DNA of 64,000 bases from Macrostomum lignano (lineage: Eukaryota): assembly GCA_002269645.1 (NCBI GenBank), contig NIVC01000729.1:138095-202094 (forward strand), written 5' to 3'. The notes under the pieces are model-generated. The model did no database searches, was not told the DNA's origin, and worked only from the letters and a program-made list of their open reading frames with translations. The position numbers and the translations under genes are program-made. Shown here piece by piece: positions 52,673-64,000 of the stretch. Within the stretch, counting starts at the first letter, position 1. Each line of letters opens with the position of its first letter.

Positions 52673-53201
52673 ATGCATGCGGAGGCAGCTTATCTTCAAT
52701 TTGCAACGGGTAATTTTTCCCAAAAAATTTTCCCAGCCTTCTGAGTGCCAGACAAGCTGTCAGACATTTTTGCTTCACACGCTAAATTCTCAATATGATT
52801 CCACAGCTGTGCAGAACTTTGTTTGTCGAAAGTGAAGGATTTTTATCCAGATTTGCAGCTGCTCAACTTCCCATTTCATATTGCAATTAGCCCAGAAACT
52901 GCCAGCTTTTATCGCAAACCGGGGATGCTAAAAAACTCGATTAGCTGATATGAGTTGCTTGCTTGTCGCCCGAAAGTGGAGTGAGATCCGAGTGAAATTG
53001 GAACAAAACGTGAGTGAGATGAGAGTAGAATTCGGGTGAGAATGGAGTAAGACTTGGGTACGATTGGAGTAAACATGAGTGAGATTGAAGTGAGTCCAGA
53101 TCGAAGTTGGGTAGAGTTAGGTGAGATTGTGACATAAGTGAGATTAGAGTGAGACAGGAGTTAGATGAGTTGCTTGCAAGTGCCTGCTCAGGGGAGTCGG
53201 C

Positions 53202-53969
53202 GGAATGGGTAGTGTGACAATGTCGCTTAAAGTGCACCAGGGTTCGCACAGACCCCTCTGCCTCTGATAGAAAGATCTCACAAGATTCGGTGTGACCGAA
53301 AATACACCTGAGCCCAGGCCAGTCTGCATTCCTGTGCTACTATTCGTGCCCCTAGTTAATGATGCAGTCATTCTTTTGTAACTTTTAAGGAGCAGATTAA
53401 AAGTACTTTTTTGAGGTCCACATCGTTTCCTCGCAGATTCCAACCGGAGTGCTTCTTACAACATTTGCAGTCAGCAACTTGAGCTGGCAAACATTCAACA
53501 ACCAGATGACAACAGCAAAGGGTTGCAGCTTAGAGGGAAATATGATATGAGAGCCTTCTGCAGAGAAACCAGCAAAACTTGTGTTTCAGTATCAGTTTAA
53601 GTTTTAGCAAACATGGAGCATTCTCCCGGCTTTCACTTGTTCAAATGTGTTTAGCTAATATTTAACGTTTTGTTGAAAAGATTTCAAGAATTTTTAGCTT
53701 TCGCTAGCAAGAATTATAACTATTTGTTGTTAATAAGGCGAATGCGACTCGGGTTGATTGCTGGATGTGTGCTTTGTAATTGTTGGCAGTATCTCACCTG
53801 GAGTGCCGGATTCCAAATGAAGCGAGTATGCTAGACAGACTCAGGTGTATTCTGTTAAATTGAGGTCACTTTTTATCAACATCGAATTTCGTGAGATCTT
53901 TCTATAAGAGACAGGGGGTGTGTTTGAACCCTGGCGCACTTTAAGCGACATTGTCACACTACCCATTCC
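53202..53969. mobile_element. Non-autonomous element with about 90-bp terminal inverted repeats
   Basis: ggaatgggtagtgtgacaatgtcgcttaaagtgcaccagggttc...agaaagatctcac at 53202-53290 is mirrored at about 53881-53969. No clear TSD. Confidence 0.7.
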
Positions 53970-54099
53970 CTAAGTCACACACAGGCACACTCGCACAGGA
54001 GTGTACAGCGGCCCTAACTTTAATTTATCGTTAGGCATGTACACTTCAAGTCCCGTGCCTTGGGGGTTGGCCCATAGCTGCTGGCGACACTGGGGGACC

Positions 54100-54226
54100 T
54101 CACTGGGCGGCGCCAACCCTTCGTCCATAGCGACGCGTCGGCCGTTCAGGGATTAGCGGAATGGGCGTTCGCGCCTTCCCGCTGTGTCCACCCGGGATAG
54201 CCCTGCAGCTAAGTCAAGTAAGTCAA
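54100..54226 (+). mobile_element. Diverged 3' terminus related to the same non-LTR family
   Basis: gattagcggaatggg...ccctgcagctaagtcaagtaagtcaag resembles the 3' ends of the other two copies. Confidence 0.45.
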
Positions 54227-54344
54227 GGGGGTTGGCCCTCAAGGGCGTTTGATTGCACGAGCAGAGCCAAGCCGAGATTTTAATTTAGCACTTGGAATCG
54301 AGCCTTGGCCACTGGCATATCAGAGCTACTTTGGGCTACGACGC

Positions 54345-54537
54345 CTTCTCCTGAATAGGGTTCTGCAATAGGCAACTTCGCTGGAGAAAATCCGCACTAG
54401 GAAATAATCCTTCTCCTGAATAGGGTTCTGCAATAGGCAACTTCGCTGGAGAAAATCCGCACTAGGAAATAATCCTTCTCCTGAATAGGGTTCTGCAATA
54501 GGCAACTTCGGTGGAGAAAATCCGCACTAGGAAATAA
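54345..54537. repeat. 65-bp tandem triplication
   Basis: Units start at 54345, 54410 and 54475 (cttctcctgaatagggttctgcaatagg...). Confidence 0.9.
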
Positions 54538-54733
54538 TGCACTAAAGAGACACTAAAGAGAATTTCCTTTGAGCTTTTCTATAGCTTTTCTATCTCTGGT
54601 AGAATATTGTGGGGTAAAATGACTTGTCTAACAATACATTTAGCAGCGAACGCCGGTCTTCAAAGCGAAATTGAATCGGCAATTGTAATTCAGTTAATTC
54701 AGCCGCAGTTGCTATGAAGTGCCTCGCGCGCGC

Positions 54734-55612
54734 TCAGCCACGCTGGTAGAGAGTCCAGTCGGTTCCGGTCAGGCTGGCTGGCGGGTAGACGAACGCCAGC
54801 AGGTGGCAGGCGAGCAGCCGCTGGGAGAAAACGGCGGCCTGGCAGTCGGCTCTGGCGCTGCACTGGAGCAGGCAGTCGGCGTCAGACTGGGCAGCGGCGG
54901 GCCAGACGGAAGTCGATTCGGATTTCACCGGAGGGCTGGACTGTCGCACCACCGTGTAGGTGTTCCTGTCTGACACTGTTTAATTTGAAGTCAGACTTGT
55001 TTAGCATTTTGATAGTTCTGTGCCCAGCAACTGCCAACCCGCTATCTGATGATGTCATTGGTGTTTTTGATGCTAGACTTCATAAAATCTATTCCGTAAG
55101 TTGATATTGACATTTTGATGCTTCGTTGTTCCGTTGACATTTGAAATTTTGAGCTAGCTGTTGCTGAGCAATATTCAAGAGTTTCATAGAAAGTTGAGCA
55201 ACTTACCGAGATAAGTCAGAGCAAAAACCGAGTTTCGCCGCGACCCACCGCAATTCTGCAGCGTATTTCCTGGACACGAGTAGTGGCAGTCGGTCTCGTT
55301 GGCTTTACCATAGGAACCGAAAGAGTTGCCGCAAAAGCACTGTCTGTAGTACTGCAGGCCGAAGTACGCAAAGCTGCCTAACGAGCAGATGCCGCTGCAG
55401 AACTCGTGCGTTGCCTCCCTACCGGTTTGCACGAAGCCGCCGGCAGCCACGCTAAATTGGCCGAACGTGCAGCTGGCGTTGAGACCGTTCAAATCTCTAG
55501 CACTGATTCTGTCCACATAGCAGCCCAGGTAAGAAAATTGAACGGATCTGCCAGCAACGTTAATGGTGAGAAGAGCGGCAAAGAAAATAAGTGGCGGTTT
55601 CGGGCGAACCAT
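54734..55612 (-). CDS. Secreted WSC-domain + PAN/apple-like protein, paralogue A (about 215 aa)
   Basis: Exon 1 is 55612-55207 (signal peptide; YLGCYVD...FCSGICSLGSFAYFGLQYYRQCFCG...C...C.GN..Q.CGG..RNSVF). A phase-1 intron follows, then exon 2 at 54975 (or 54969)-54734 (DCLLQCSARADCQAAVFSQRLLACHLL, TGA). Confidence 0.85.
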
Positions 55613-56561
55613 ATCTCTGAACACTGGGTGATTTGGTGATTAGAAGGTATCTTAGGGAAGTTGACATGTGCAGCTCACAGTTTTTTTGGTCCTACGTTTG
55701 CTTCTTTGGATCCAATAGTATTGAGTCAATTTTTCACAATGGCAAAATTTCTTTCAACCAATAGAGGTTTAAGAGAACTTTCTCATTGGCCATATTTGAT
55801 ACGAAGAAATTTACTTATGTAGTGAGCCAATAGATTAGCCTGCTAGGTGAATCGGTAGTTGAACTCAAATTCGTGCGAAAATCTGTTATAAGTGACGAAA
55901 CGTAACTGGAAAACAACAAACAAACGACGAAGGAGGAGTTAAAATGAGTCTAATAACTTTAGTCACTTGGACAGTTTCCAACAGGTATATTTACAGCTAA
56001 TAGTACTCAATACAATACATGATGTTGCCAAACACATAATTTTTATATACTCACATGTATACCATAGAAATTCGAAATGCGACTCATCCCTTTTAAATAT
56101 CTCGTCCAGGGCCCCCTAGTTCGATTGGATGATCAATGAGTACTGATCAAGGAGAGTTTGTTTGTTTGCTTTCGCTTGTTGAGCAGCTTCTTTTTGAGCA
56201 TGCTAAGGTTCGAAGCCTTAAACTATGTGTCCGCTTTGTCCCTCTCATTGATTGTTCTCGGCTTTAAAAGTGAGTTTTTTTACCTATATATAACGTGAAA
56301 TAATTCCTGTGACAGTTTTTCGCCATTTTCCGTGTCCATTTTCAAACGCAGTAAGAATGTTTCACAGGAGTTATTACCTAAAACTACTTCCGGTGAAGCT
56401 CCTCAGACTATAAGTACGGACTCCCATAGGCTTGTTTCCGTCAGGCGCTTAATCCGAGCAACACCTTTCGTTCTGACTAAGCTTCCATTTGATCCACTGT
56501 TGATCTGCACACTTCTGAAAATTTCTGCTTAGAAACTAAAAAAACATTTGCTCCCAACGCC

Positions 56562-57114
56562 ATTGTCACCACTCGGATCAACCAGTGGGTGGCGTCAAAG
56601 CACAGGGAGAGGTAGACTAACGCGCCCGACTGCCGGCAATTCCGCGCGGCTTTTCCCTGTCCTTCATCTGCCATGCGCAAGGCCCTGCTTGGACTCAACC
56701 GCAGGGACATCAGGGTGGTGACCATGGCCCTCTCGGGTCATGGATGTTTTGCTAGGCATCGTTACCTCAAGGGGAAAATCCGTAGCGAGAAATTCCCCTT
56801 CTGCCTCTGCGGTGCCTCTCCGGTGAATGCGGAGCACTTAACCTGAGAATGCCCCGCCTTTACTCAGGACAGGCTCACCTACCTCGGCCCAAACCCGGAC
56901 CTCTCCGACGTTTTCAGGCCCGACAATCTCTGCCAGCTCGTCCGCTACCTAAGGGCTACCGGACGAGCGACTATTCATCTCCTGGACTCTCCGAAGGGGG
57001 ACCGCGCTGCGGACACCGGCACCACCGGATCTCCCTGCGCGACACCGCAGCACCAGCTCCCCGTGGTCGCCAGGGGTTAGCGAAATGGACGGTAACGTCT
57101 CCTCGCTGCATCCG
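56562..57114 (+). mobile_element. Degenerate 3' fragment of a non-LTR retrotransposon (ORF2 C-terminal Cys/His region and 3' end)
   Basis: Translates as ...[30 protein letters not shown]...[29 protein letters not shown]..., with two in-frame stops. This resembles the post-RT/RNase H TGH...C..C...EH...CP motif of R1/I/LOA-type LINEs. Confidence 0.7.
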
Positions 57115-57631
57115 ATAACTGCACGATGTGCGAACTTCCACAGGCACAACAGACCTGAAGGAACTGGTGGCAGGGCCAAACTACATCCCAAGCTTCAGCT
57201 TAGAACGAACTCATAAACAGGACGTTGAGTTAGGCGCCGAGCAAGCTTATAATTAGCCTAGATTTTAAAAAGACACTGCTAACTATGCGTAGTGCCTTAA
57301 ATGCGAGCGTAAAATAACGAAAAACACAACATAAAAATTTCTTAAATTCATAAACTTTGATTATATACCCACTTTCAGTGATCTTTGTTCTCATTATTAA
57401 TCATCCGGATCGTTTGATAGCAGAGCAATGAACTGACTACTGACTAACAACGACCATTGCTACTGTGACTGCTAAAGTAGTATGTGTTGATCATACTTCA
57501 AATAGGTTTCATTTTCAAGATCCTGTGATGCCATGCACTTAGTAACTCAGAGTTTATTTTAGCAAAATGATTGTCCAAAGTTAGTTCGAATGTCTAAAAC
57601 TCCAGCTCAAAACTCTAACATGTCGAGGCCA

Positions 57632-58366
57632 TCAGGCGCGGGGGAAGAACTCCCCAGTCACGTTCGCCAGAGATGGCGGCACTCCAGCGAACGGCAGCAG
57701 GTAGCACAGGCGCTGATGCTGCGAGAACACCACAGCCTGACATTCGTCGGTTGAGGTGCACTCAATCAGGCAGGTGACCAGCTGCTCAGATTTGATGCTG
57801 CGGTAAGCTTGTCGGGGGAAAGAATCTCCGACAGTGAAGCTGGCGCGATCCACAGGGATGTTGAAGCTTTTCATTGCTGAAAATTGATAGGAGCCATGAC
57901 TTTTGTGCAGTGTTCTGGTAGTATTTAAAAAAATAAAGAGTCACTCACACAAATACGTCTGAGAGTAGACAGAGTTTCGATTTCGACTGCCGCAGATCTC
58001 GCTTGGTTGACCGGCGCAGGTCATGTTGCATTCGGCTTGGTTGGCCGCTCCTTGGGAGCCGTACGACAGCCCGCAGTAGCACTCCTTGCCGTACTGCAGG
58101 CCGAAGTACGGGAAGCCGCCCAGAGAGCAGATGCGGCTGCACAGCTCCAGCGTCATGGACATCAAGGAGACGCAGCCAATGGAGAGCATGGAGAACTCGG
58201 CCAGGCTCTGCACTCCCCGCAGTCCGTGAAGGTCCCTAGTATCGTTCGTCGCGTCCACGTAGCATCCGCGATACTCAAAACGGGCGAGTCTCCCAGTAGC
58301 GCCCAGAAGCAAGAGGCTCAGGAACAGTGCCACAAAGATCAGTTGCCAGTTTCTCAATGCCTTCAT
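57632..58366 (-). CDS. Secreted WSC-domain + PAN/apple-like protein, paralogue B (about 220 aa)
   Basis: Exon 1 is 58366-57949 (MKALRNWQLIFVALFLSLLLLG signal; YRGCYVD...LCSRICSLGGFPYFGLQYGKECYCG...ECNMTCAGQPSEICGSRNRNSVY). A phase-1 intron of 72 nt follows, then exon 2 at 57876-57632 (TCLIECTSTDECQAVVFSQHQRLCYLL). Confidence 0.87.
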
Positions 58367-59567
58367 GGTCTCCAGTGACAAGCAGCAGCGCTGAGTTTTG
58401 TGCTGTTTTTCCGGAAAAGCTTCTGTCAAATCAGCTCGGCTATGATCAAGCGAATTTATCCCCAAAAGCCGAATGAGTGAAGTGCAGGACACGGTAAACA
58501 ATTCAAGCTAACTGGCTGAGTTTGTGAAAGGCGATGGATGGATAGAAAATTCCGATAATGAAAAGCAAATAGTTCCAATCAACTCAACCTGACGTATATG
58601 CTAATGAAAGACTGATTAAAATATCTGCTGTATATTTGTAGTTGAGAGGCCTAAAAGCCAGACTTGTGCAACCCACTCTATCAGCTCGAATGCTTGCTTC
58701 ACACGTGTGTCAATATTTCTAAGTTGCCGGGACCTGATGCTAATGAATATTGAGTGTGGCAGTCATCACATTTAACTGATGTGCTGAAATAAATAATGTT
58801 GTACGATCCCCGATTCGCCTAAAAGCAAATTTGAATGAAAGGTCGCTTGATTTGCAAGATTAGTATAAAATGGACCTCGAGTATTCAGACTTTGAAGTCG
58901 CCGATGGGACACAGAGAAGCATGTCCCACCCCAGTAAATGCTGTGGGAGACATGCCATCACTTTATTGACCGAAAACAACCTCTTAAACTTACACAGCCT
59001 AATGGAAATCTAACAACATTTTAGCACGGGGAGCCAAAAGCATCAAAGAAGTATTGAACGCTGTAGCAATCTGGCCTATAATGTATGATGCGGCAGCGGT
59101 AGGCCGGACTGAAGTTCTTCAAGGCGTCACTGAAGTCACTCAACAATCGGACTGCTTCACCGCTATGAGGGTGCTTCTGTATGAGACTGTTTTTTACCTG
59201 TAGTGGTGAGGTTCAATAGGTCATTCATTGTAGTTACTGTAGTTAGTTGACTTTACATGTGTATTTAAGCCAAAGGTCAACTTGGTCAAAACGCGTCAGT
59301 TACTTGATCTATATCAGTTGTCGGATTTTATTTGTAGTATCAAAAGAATACACGTTTAAGTGAGTTTTAGAGACATCATGACGCTGTAAAATGTAGCTGG
59401 GATTATACGGATATGGTTGCACATGCTAGATTGCGTGAGAAAGTACTCTGAAACTCGCCTATCTATTCTGTGTACCCTCGTAAATGAAGAGATTGGATGC
59501 ATGACACTAAACGTTTCGCATTAAAGACAAACAAATGGATTTGACCTGGGTGACGTCTGAGGATTCT

Positions 59568-59847
59568 TTGACTTGACTTAATTGAGTCAGCTGCAGGGGG
59601 TTCCGGGCATCCGGATGCAGCGAGGAGGCGCTGCCGCACATTCCGCTTACCCCTGGCGACCACGGGCAGCTGGTGCTGCGGTGTCGCGCAGGGAGATCCG
59701 GTAGTGCCGGTGTTCGCAGCGCGGTCCTCCTCCGGCGAGTCCAAGAAGTGGATTGTCACTCGCCCGGTAGCCCTTAGGTAGCGGACTAGCTGGCAGAAGA
59801 GGTTCGGGTTTGGGCCGAGGTAGGTGAGCGTGTCTTCGGTGAATGCG
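59568..59847 (-). mobile_element. Second, shorter 3' fragment of the same non-LTR family, ending in an (AAGTC)n-like tail
   Basis: Reverse-complement match to 56870-57114 with an internal deletion; the tail reads ctgcagctgactcaattaagtcaagtcaa. Confidence 0.75.
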
Positions 59848-59957
59848 CCGCTGTGAACTCTAACCTAAACCATAATCCTAATCGTAGAGTTACATCTACG
59901 AGCGTATAGACAAGTGCATAATTATATCGGGTTACTCATGAAAAGTGATCTGTAAAT

Positions 59958-60315
59958 GGGTCGCCATCATAAACCGAAATATCACTAACCCGAAATATCA
60001 CTAACCCGAAATATCGCAAACTCGAAATATAACTCCAAAATTACTAGCAGGGCCCATCACAAACCCAAAATACCATAACTCTGAAAACCAAAATAGTATT
60101 GGGCATTGCTTGAACTTTCGGAGTTATGATATTTCGGGTTTGTGATATTTAGAGTTTATGATGTGCGTTGCTATTTGTTTTTGCTATTAGTTATTAGTTA
60201 GTTGCTATTAGTTAATAATATTTTGGGTTTATGATGAAAAGCGCTTTTCGGAGTTGTAAATTTTCAACAACAACTCCCCCTGGAGTTGTAAATCACAGGG
60301 GGGTTTGTGATGCCC
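59958..60315. mobile_element. Small fold-back element with internal cccgaaatatca / tgatatttcggg repeats
   Basis: ccatcataaaccgaaatatcactaacccgaaatatca on the left is opposed by gatatttcgggtttgtgat and ggtttgtgatgcccc on the right. Confidence 0.5.
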
Positions 60316-62164
60316 CTGTAAAATATGACTGTTGTAGTCATCGTATGTCCTTGAAATTTAAGCAAAAAGAACCCATGAGTACGTGAACAATTGCTTCTTT
60401 TGCATCTCTAAGACAAGTTTTGTGCGGAAGCAGTGGAAATTTGTCTATGGGTATTTGTCTTTATGCAATTGTCTATGGAAATTTGTCCATGGGTATTTAT
60501 TTGTCCATAGGCCTTTGTCTATGAGTATTTGTCTGTAGGCAATTGTCTATGGAAATTTGTCAATAGGTGATGTTCATGTTACTGTGGCTTTTCCTCTTTG
60601 CGCCTACCAAAACTGAGCACAAAATTGAACAAATGAAATGAAGGCAGTCAGACAGGTAAATATACTCATTCAACTTGGTCCATCAAGGCTCCATTTTCAT
60701 CACTAAAAATTACATTACCTATAGTAGTCTAAACAAGAAATGGTTTTCTAAAAATAAAAAAAATAAAAAATAAAAAAGTAAAATCAAAATATTTTACTAC
60801 TCCACAGACCAGGGAGTTCTTCCATTGACTCAGCTATTTATCTGTAGCTGCAGTCTATCGAGTCAAGTAAGTGAATCGATTGAGGCGGCAATCAATGAAA
60901 TGGGATTTTCTCTTTTTTCCAATTTCAAATTTCAAGGTCTTCCCACTTTCAGCTCAGCTCCTGACGTCTGTCTCTGAGACAGCAAAAACCTCTGAACTTC
61001 GGTGACTGTCGTGCGAGACAGGTTGGTCGTGCGATTCACACCAACGATAGGAAGGTCGGGGCCGCTTGTACACCTTGTGTGAGCGTGAGTATGAGTGCGT
61101 GTCTGCGTACAGTATTGATGCGTTTGTAAGCGCTCAGGAGACAGCGGAATGAGCAGAATTGTCGTCAGAGCAGCTTGCGGGACAATGTCTCCGAAGGCGC
61201 TGCGCCAGAATGTCCACGGCTATCCTGCAAATGTTTTTTAGCTGCAGCTTGCTTCGAGAAACAGAATTTTCGAGCTACTCTTTGACAACCTATTTAAACA
61301 AAGGTTAGTTGACAAACTGCAAAGAGGTGATGCTTTTGATGCTTAAGTCTCACGATCTTAAGAAGGCTGCTCACTGCTGATTACACTCCGGAAACTGATT
61401 GACAGCAGAAAACTCTAAAGCACTACTTCACAATTCAAAGCAATTCTCAATTCCAGAGTCAAGTATCCATGTTACTAGATTATTGTTATAAAATAATTCA
61501 ATTGAGCATTTCTCAATTGATTCGAATTAAAAGCTGAATTGAGTGAAATCGATTACCTAACTGACGTTCGAATTTAACAGCAGTGAAATTATTGTTTCGA
61601 GGCATGGACTCCTAGATTCTCCTAGGTGCTTAAATATAGTCCTCCATGTTCTAGGGCGCACTTGTTGAACCCGGCTTTCGGAGGAACAAAAAATTCCTAG
61701 TGAAATTAAATGGGCCGGTGTTTCGTCTGTCAGGCTGGAAGAAAAACAACCACCGGGGCCAGGGACCAACCACACTAATTAACTGGAATTGACCTCTACT
61801 TACACCCCTAAGCATATCTTATGCAGTTAGAAAATTGGTCAATATTTAATTTTTGAAAAATCCCAACGTAGATGGGCACAGGCAAACAAAACAGCACACT
61901 GGAAAGTCCACCGGTTAATTAATTAACAATTATTTTAGGTAAAATATGCAGAAACTGACTCTGTAGAAGCTTTGGATCCAACAAACGCCGTTTTACTTAA
62001 ATATGCACTGATCAAACACAGAACGCCAAAAAGCATTTTCCACCTGACTCTTGTCGAGTGGTGTGTTTCCGTATTGGTTGGTGAAAAACTCAAGCAAGCT
62101 GAAAGGGACTAGTGGCGCTTTGGAATGTTAGATTGATCGAAAACGAGACTGTTTCAAAGCGAGC

Positions 62165-62882
62165 TCAGCCGCGCTCAAAGAAGTCTCCATCGGTGCTGCT
62201 CAGACTGGCAGGCGGGTAGGCGAATCTCAGCAAGTGGCACAGGCGCTGCTGGCCAGAGTAAATCACAGCCTGGCAGTCAGCTGAGGCCTCGCACAGCCCC
62301 ATGCACTCGACGTCGGATCGGGTAGCGCTGGTCCAATAAGTGCTCTGGGTGGACTCCACCGTCTGGTTGGGCCTCTGCGACGGCTCAAAATACTTACTAT
62401 CTACAAAATGTACATAAGATTTTACAAAATTGGCCGAACTTTGGTTTGAAAAGCCCAACAAAATGTCGTAATGAAGAAGGCAGACTCACTTGGATAGGTC
62501 AAAGCAAACACAGAGTTGCGCCACGTGCCACCGCATTTAGAAGCTCCGTTTCCAGCGCAGACGCGGTTGCAGTCGCTCTCGCTAGCAGCTCCAGAGATCC
62601 GTAGGAGGTGCCGCAGAAGCACTCTCTACCGATTTGCACACCGAAGTACGGGAAGCCGCCCAGAGAGCAGAGGCTGCTGCAGAGCTCGTGCGTCATATTA
62701 GCACTGCTCAGCATGAGGCGGCCGGTGTTGAAATGCCCGATTCTGCTTACTCCGGTGAGTCCTCTCAGGTCTCGGCCTCCGTTGTCCACAAAGCAGCCAA
62801 TGTAGGACACCTGAGTTACCCTACGGGCAGCACAAAGCACTGGGACGGCGAGACCCACAATGCAGACGATTGTTTTGAGCAT
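62165..62882 (-). pseudogene. WSC + PAN/apple-like paralogue C with a 1-nt deletion frameshift at about 62593 (pseudogene or assembly error)
   Basis: Exon 1 is 62882-62490 and exon 2 is 62400-62165, with the same phase-1 intron as A and B. The WSC domain changes frame between CFCGTSYGS and GAASESDCNRVCAGNGASKCGG. Summed length is 629 nt, one short of a multiple of 3. Confidence 0.8.
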
Positions 62883-62959
62883 AGTTACTTGGGTAGATGG
62901 GATTTCAGTTCTCCTGTTGCTCATAGGAGCGTAGGAAGAGATGAAAACTGCAGTGCTTG

Positions 62960-62967
62960 CTTTTATA
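62960..62967 (-). promoter_or_regulatory. Candidate TATA box (TATAAAAG) of WSC-PAN paralogue C
   Basis: Reverse complement of cttttata, about 80 nt upstream of the signal-peptide ATG at 62882. Confidence 0.4.
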
Positions 62968-63189
62968 CCGATTTTTAAAAATGATCTGGTTGGATAAAAA
63001 CCAGTGCACTAATGAGCGCAATGCATTAGTTCCAGTAGCTTATGTAGCTTCTAAGAGTAATTTTAACTTTACTTGATGATATTTTCTGAGCAGCCAGCTG
63101 CTCCCAGACTCTAATTTAGATGCCAGCAAATAAAAAACAATTCTCATTTAATGTTTGCTTTCTCGAAATGCTTATTCAAGAAACCAACT

Positions 63190-64000
63190 CCCACTGTAAA
63201 GACCCTGTTGCTAAAGTCCCTGTTGCTAAAGACCCTGTTGCTAAAGCCCCTGGTACTAAAGATCCCGACGCTAAAGCCCCGTTGCTAAAGATCCTGACGC
63301 TAAAGCCCCTTTTGCTAAAAACCCTGGCGCTGAAGCCCCTGTTTCTAAAGACCCTGGCGCTAAAGCCCCTGTTGTTAAGACCTGGCGCTAAAGCCCCTGT
63401 TGCTAAAGACCCTGACGCTAAAGCCCCTGGTACTAAAGATCCTGACGCTAAAGCCCCGTTGATAAAGATCCTGGCGCTAAAGCCACTGTTGCCAAAGATC
63501 CTGGCGCTAAAACCCCGTTGCCAAAGATCCTGGCGCTAAAGCCCCTTCTGCTAAAGACCCTGGCGCTAAAGCCCCTGTTTCTAAAGACCCTGGCGCTAAA
63601 GCCCCTGTTGCTAAAGACTCTGGCGCCAAAGCCCCATTGATAAAGATCCTGGCGCTAAAGCCCCTGTTGCCAAAGATCCTGGCGCTAAAACCCTGTTGCT
63701 AAAGATCCTGGCGCTAAAGCCCCTGTTTCTAAAGACCCTGACGCTAAAGCCCCTGGTACTAAAGAACCTGGCGCTAAAGCCCCTGTTTCTAAAGATCCTG
63801 GCGCTAAAGCCCCTGTTGCCAAAGATCCTGGCGCTAAAACCCTGTTGCTAAAGATCCTGGCGCTAAAGCCCCTGTTTCTAAAGACCCTGGCGCTAAAGCC
63901 CCTGGTACTAAAGAACCTGGCGCTAAAGCCCCTGTTTCTAAAGACCCTGGCGCTAAAGCCCCTGTTTCTAAAGACCCTGGCGCTAAAGCCCCTGTTTCTA
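63190..64000. repeat. About 30-bp minisatellite running off the window end
   Basis: ctaaagcccctgttgctaaagaccctggcg variants. Confidence 0.9.

Noticed and set aside
61557-61775. Minus-strand ORF with DETPAHL...FC resembling a LINE C-terminal knuckle
   Set aside because: Only one short motif, with no flanking RT or tail evidence.

Overview
Eukaryotic (animal) genomic DNA with GC-rich exons, GT-AG introns and many minisatellite-filled introns. This style resembles a free-living flatworm such as Macrostomum, which is my inference and cannot be proven from the window. Genes reconstructed by hand: (1) the 3' half of a VPS13 (VPS13A/C-type) lipid-transfer gene, 20 exons, + strand, 6808-31674; (2) an intronless HPS4-like longin-domain gene nested on the SAME strand in a VPS13 intron (27109-28914); (3) an intronless ankyrin-repeat gene with a Lys/Gly-rich tail (33235-33879); (4) intronless imidazolonepropionase AMDHD1 (41737-43059); (5) a 6-exon GATA4/5/6-class factor (46881-51544) with an intact C-finger and an N-finger split by a long insertion; (6) three tandem minus-strand paralogues encoding secreted WSC + PAN/apple-like proteins, the third carrying a 1-nt frameshift. 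The rest is a dense set of micro/minisatellites, several fold-back (MITE-like) elements, tRNA-derived SINE fragments and 3' fragments of a non-LTR retrotransposon. Most long ORFs in the supplied track are translations of tandem repeats and are not genes. No prokaryotic, CRISPR or rRNA features were seen.
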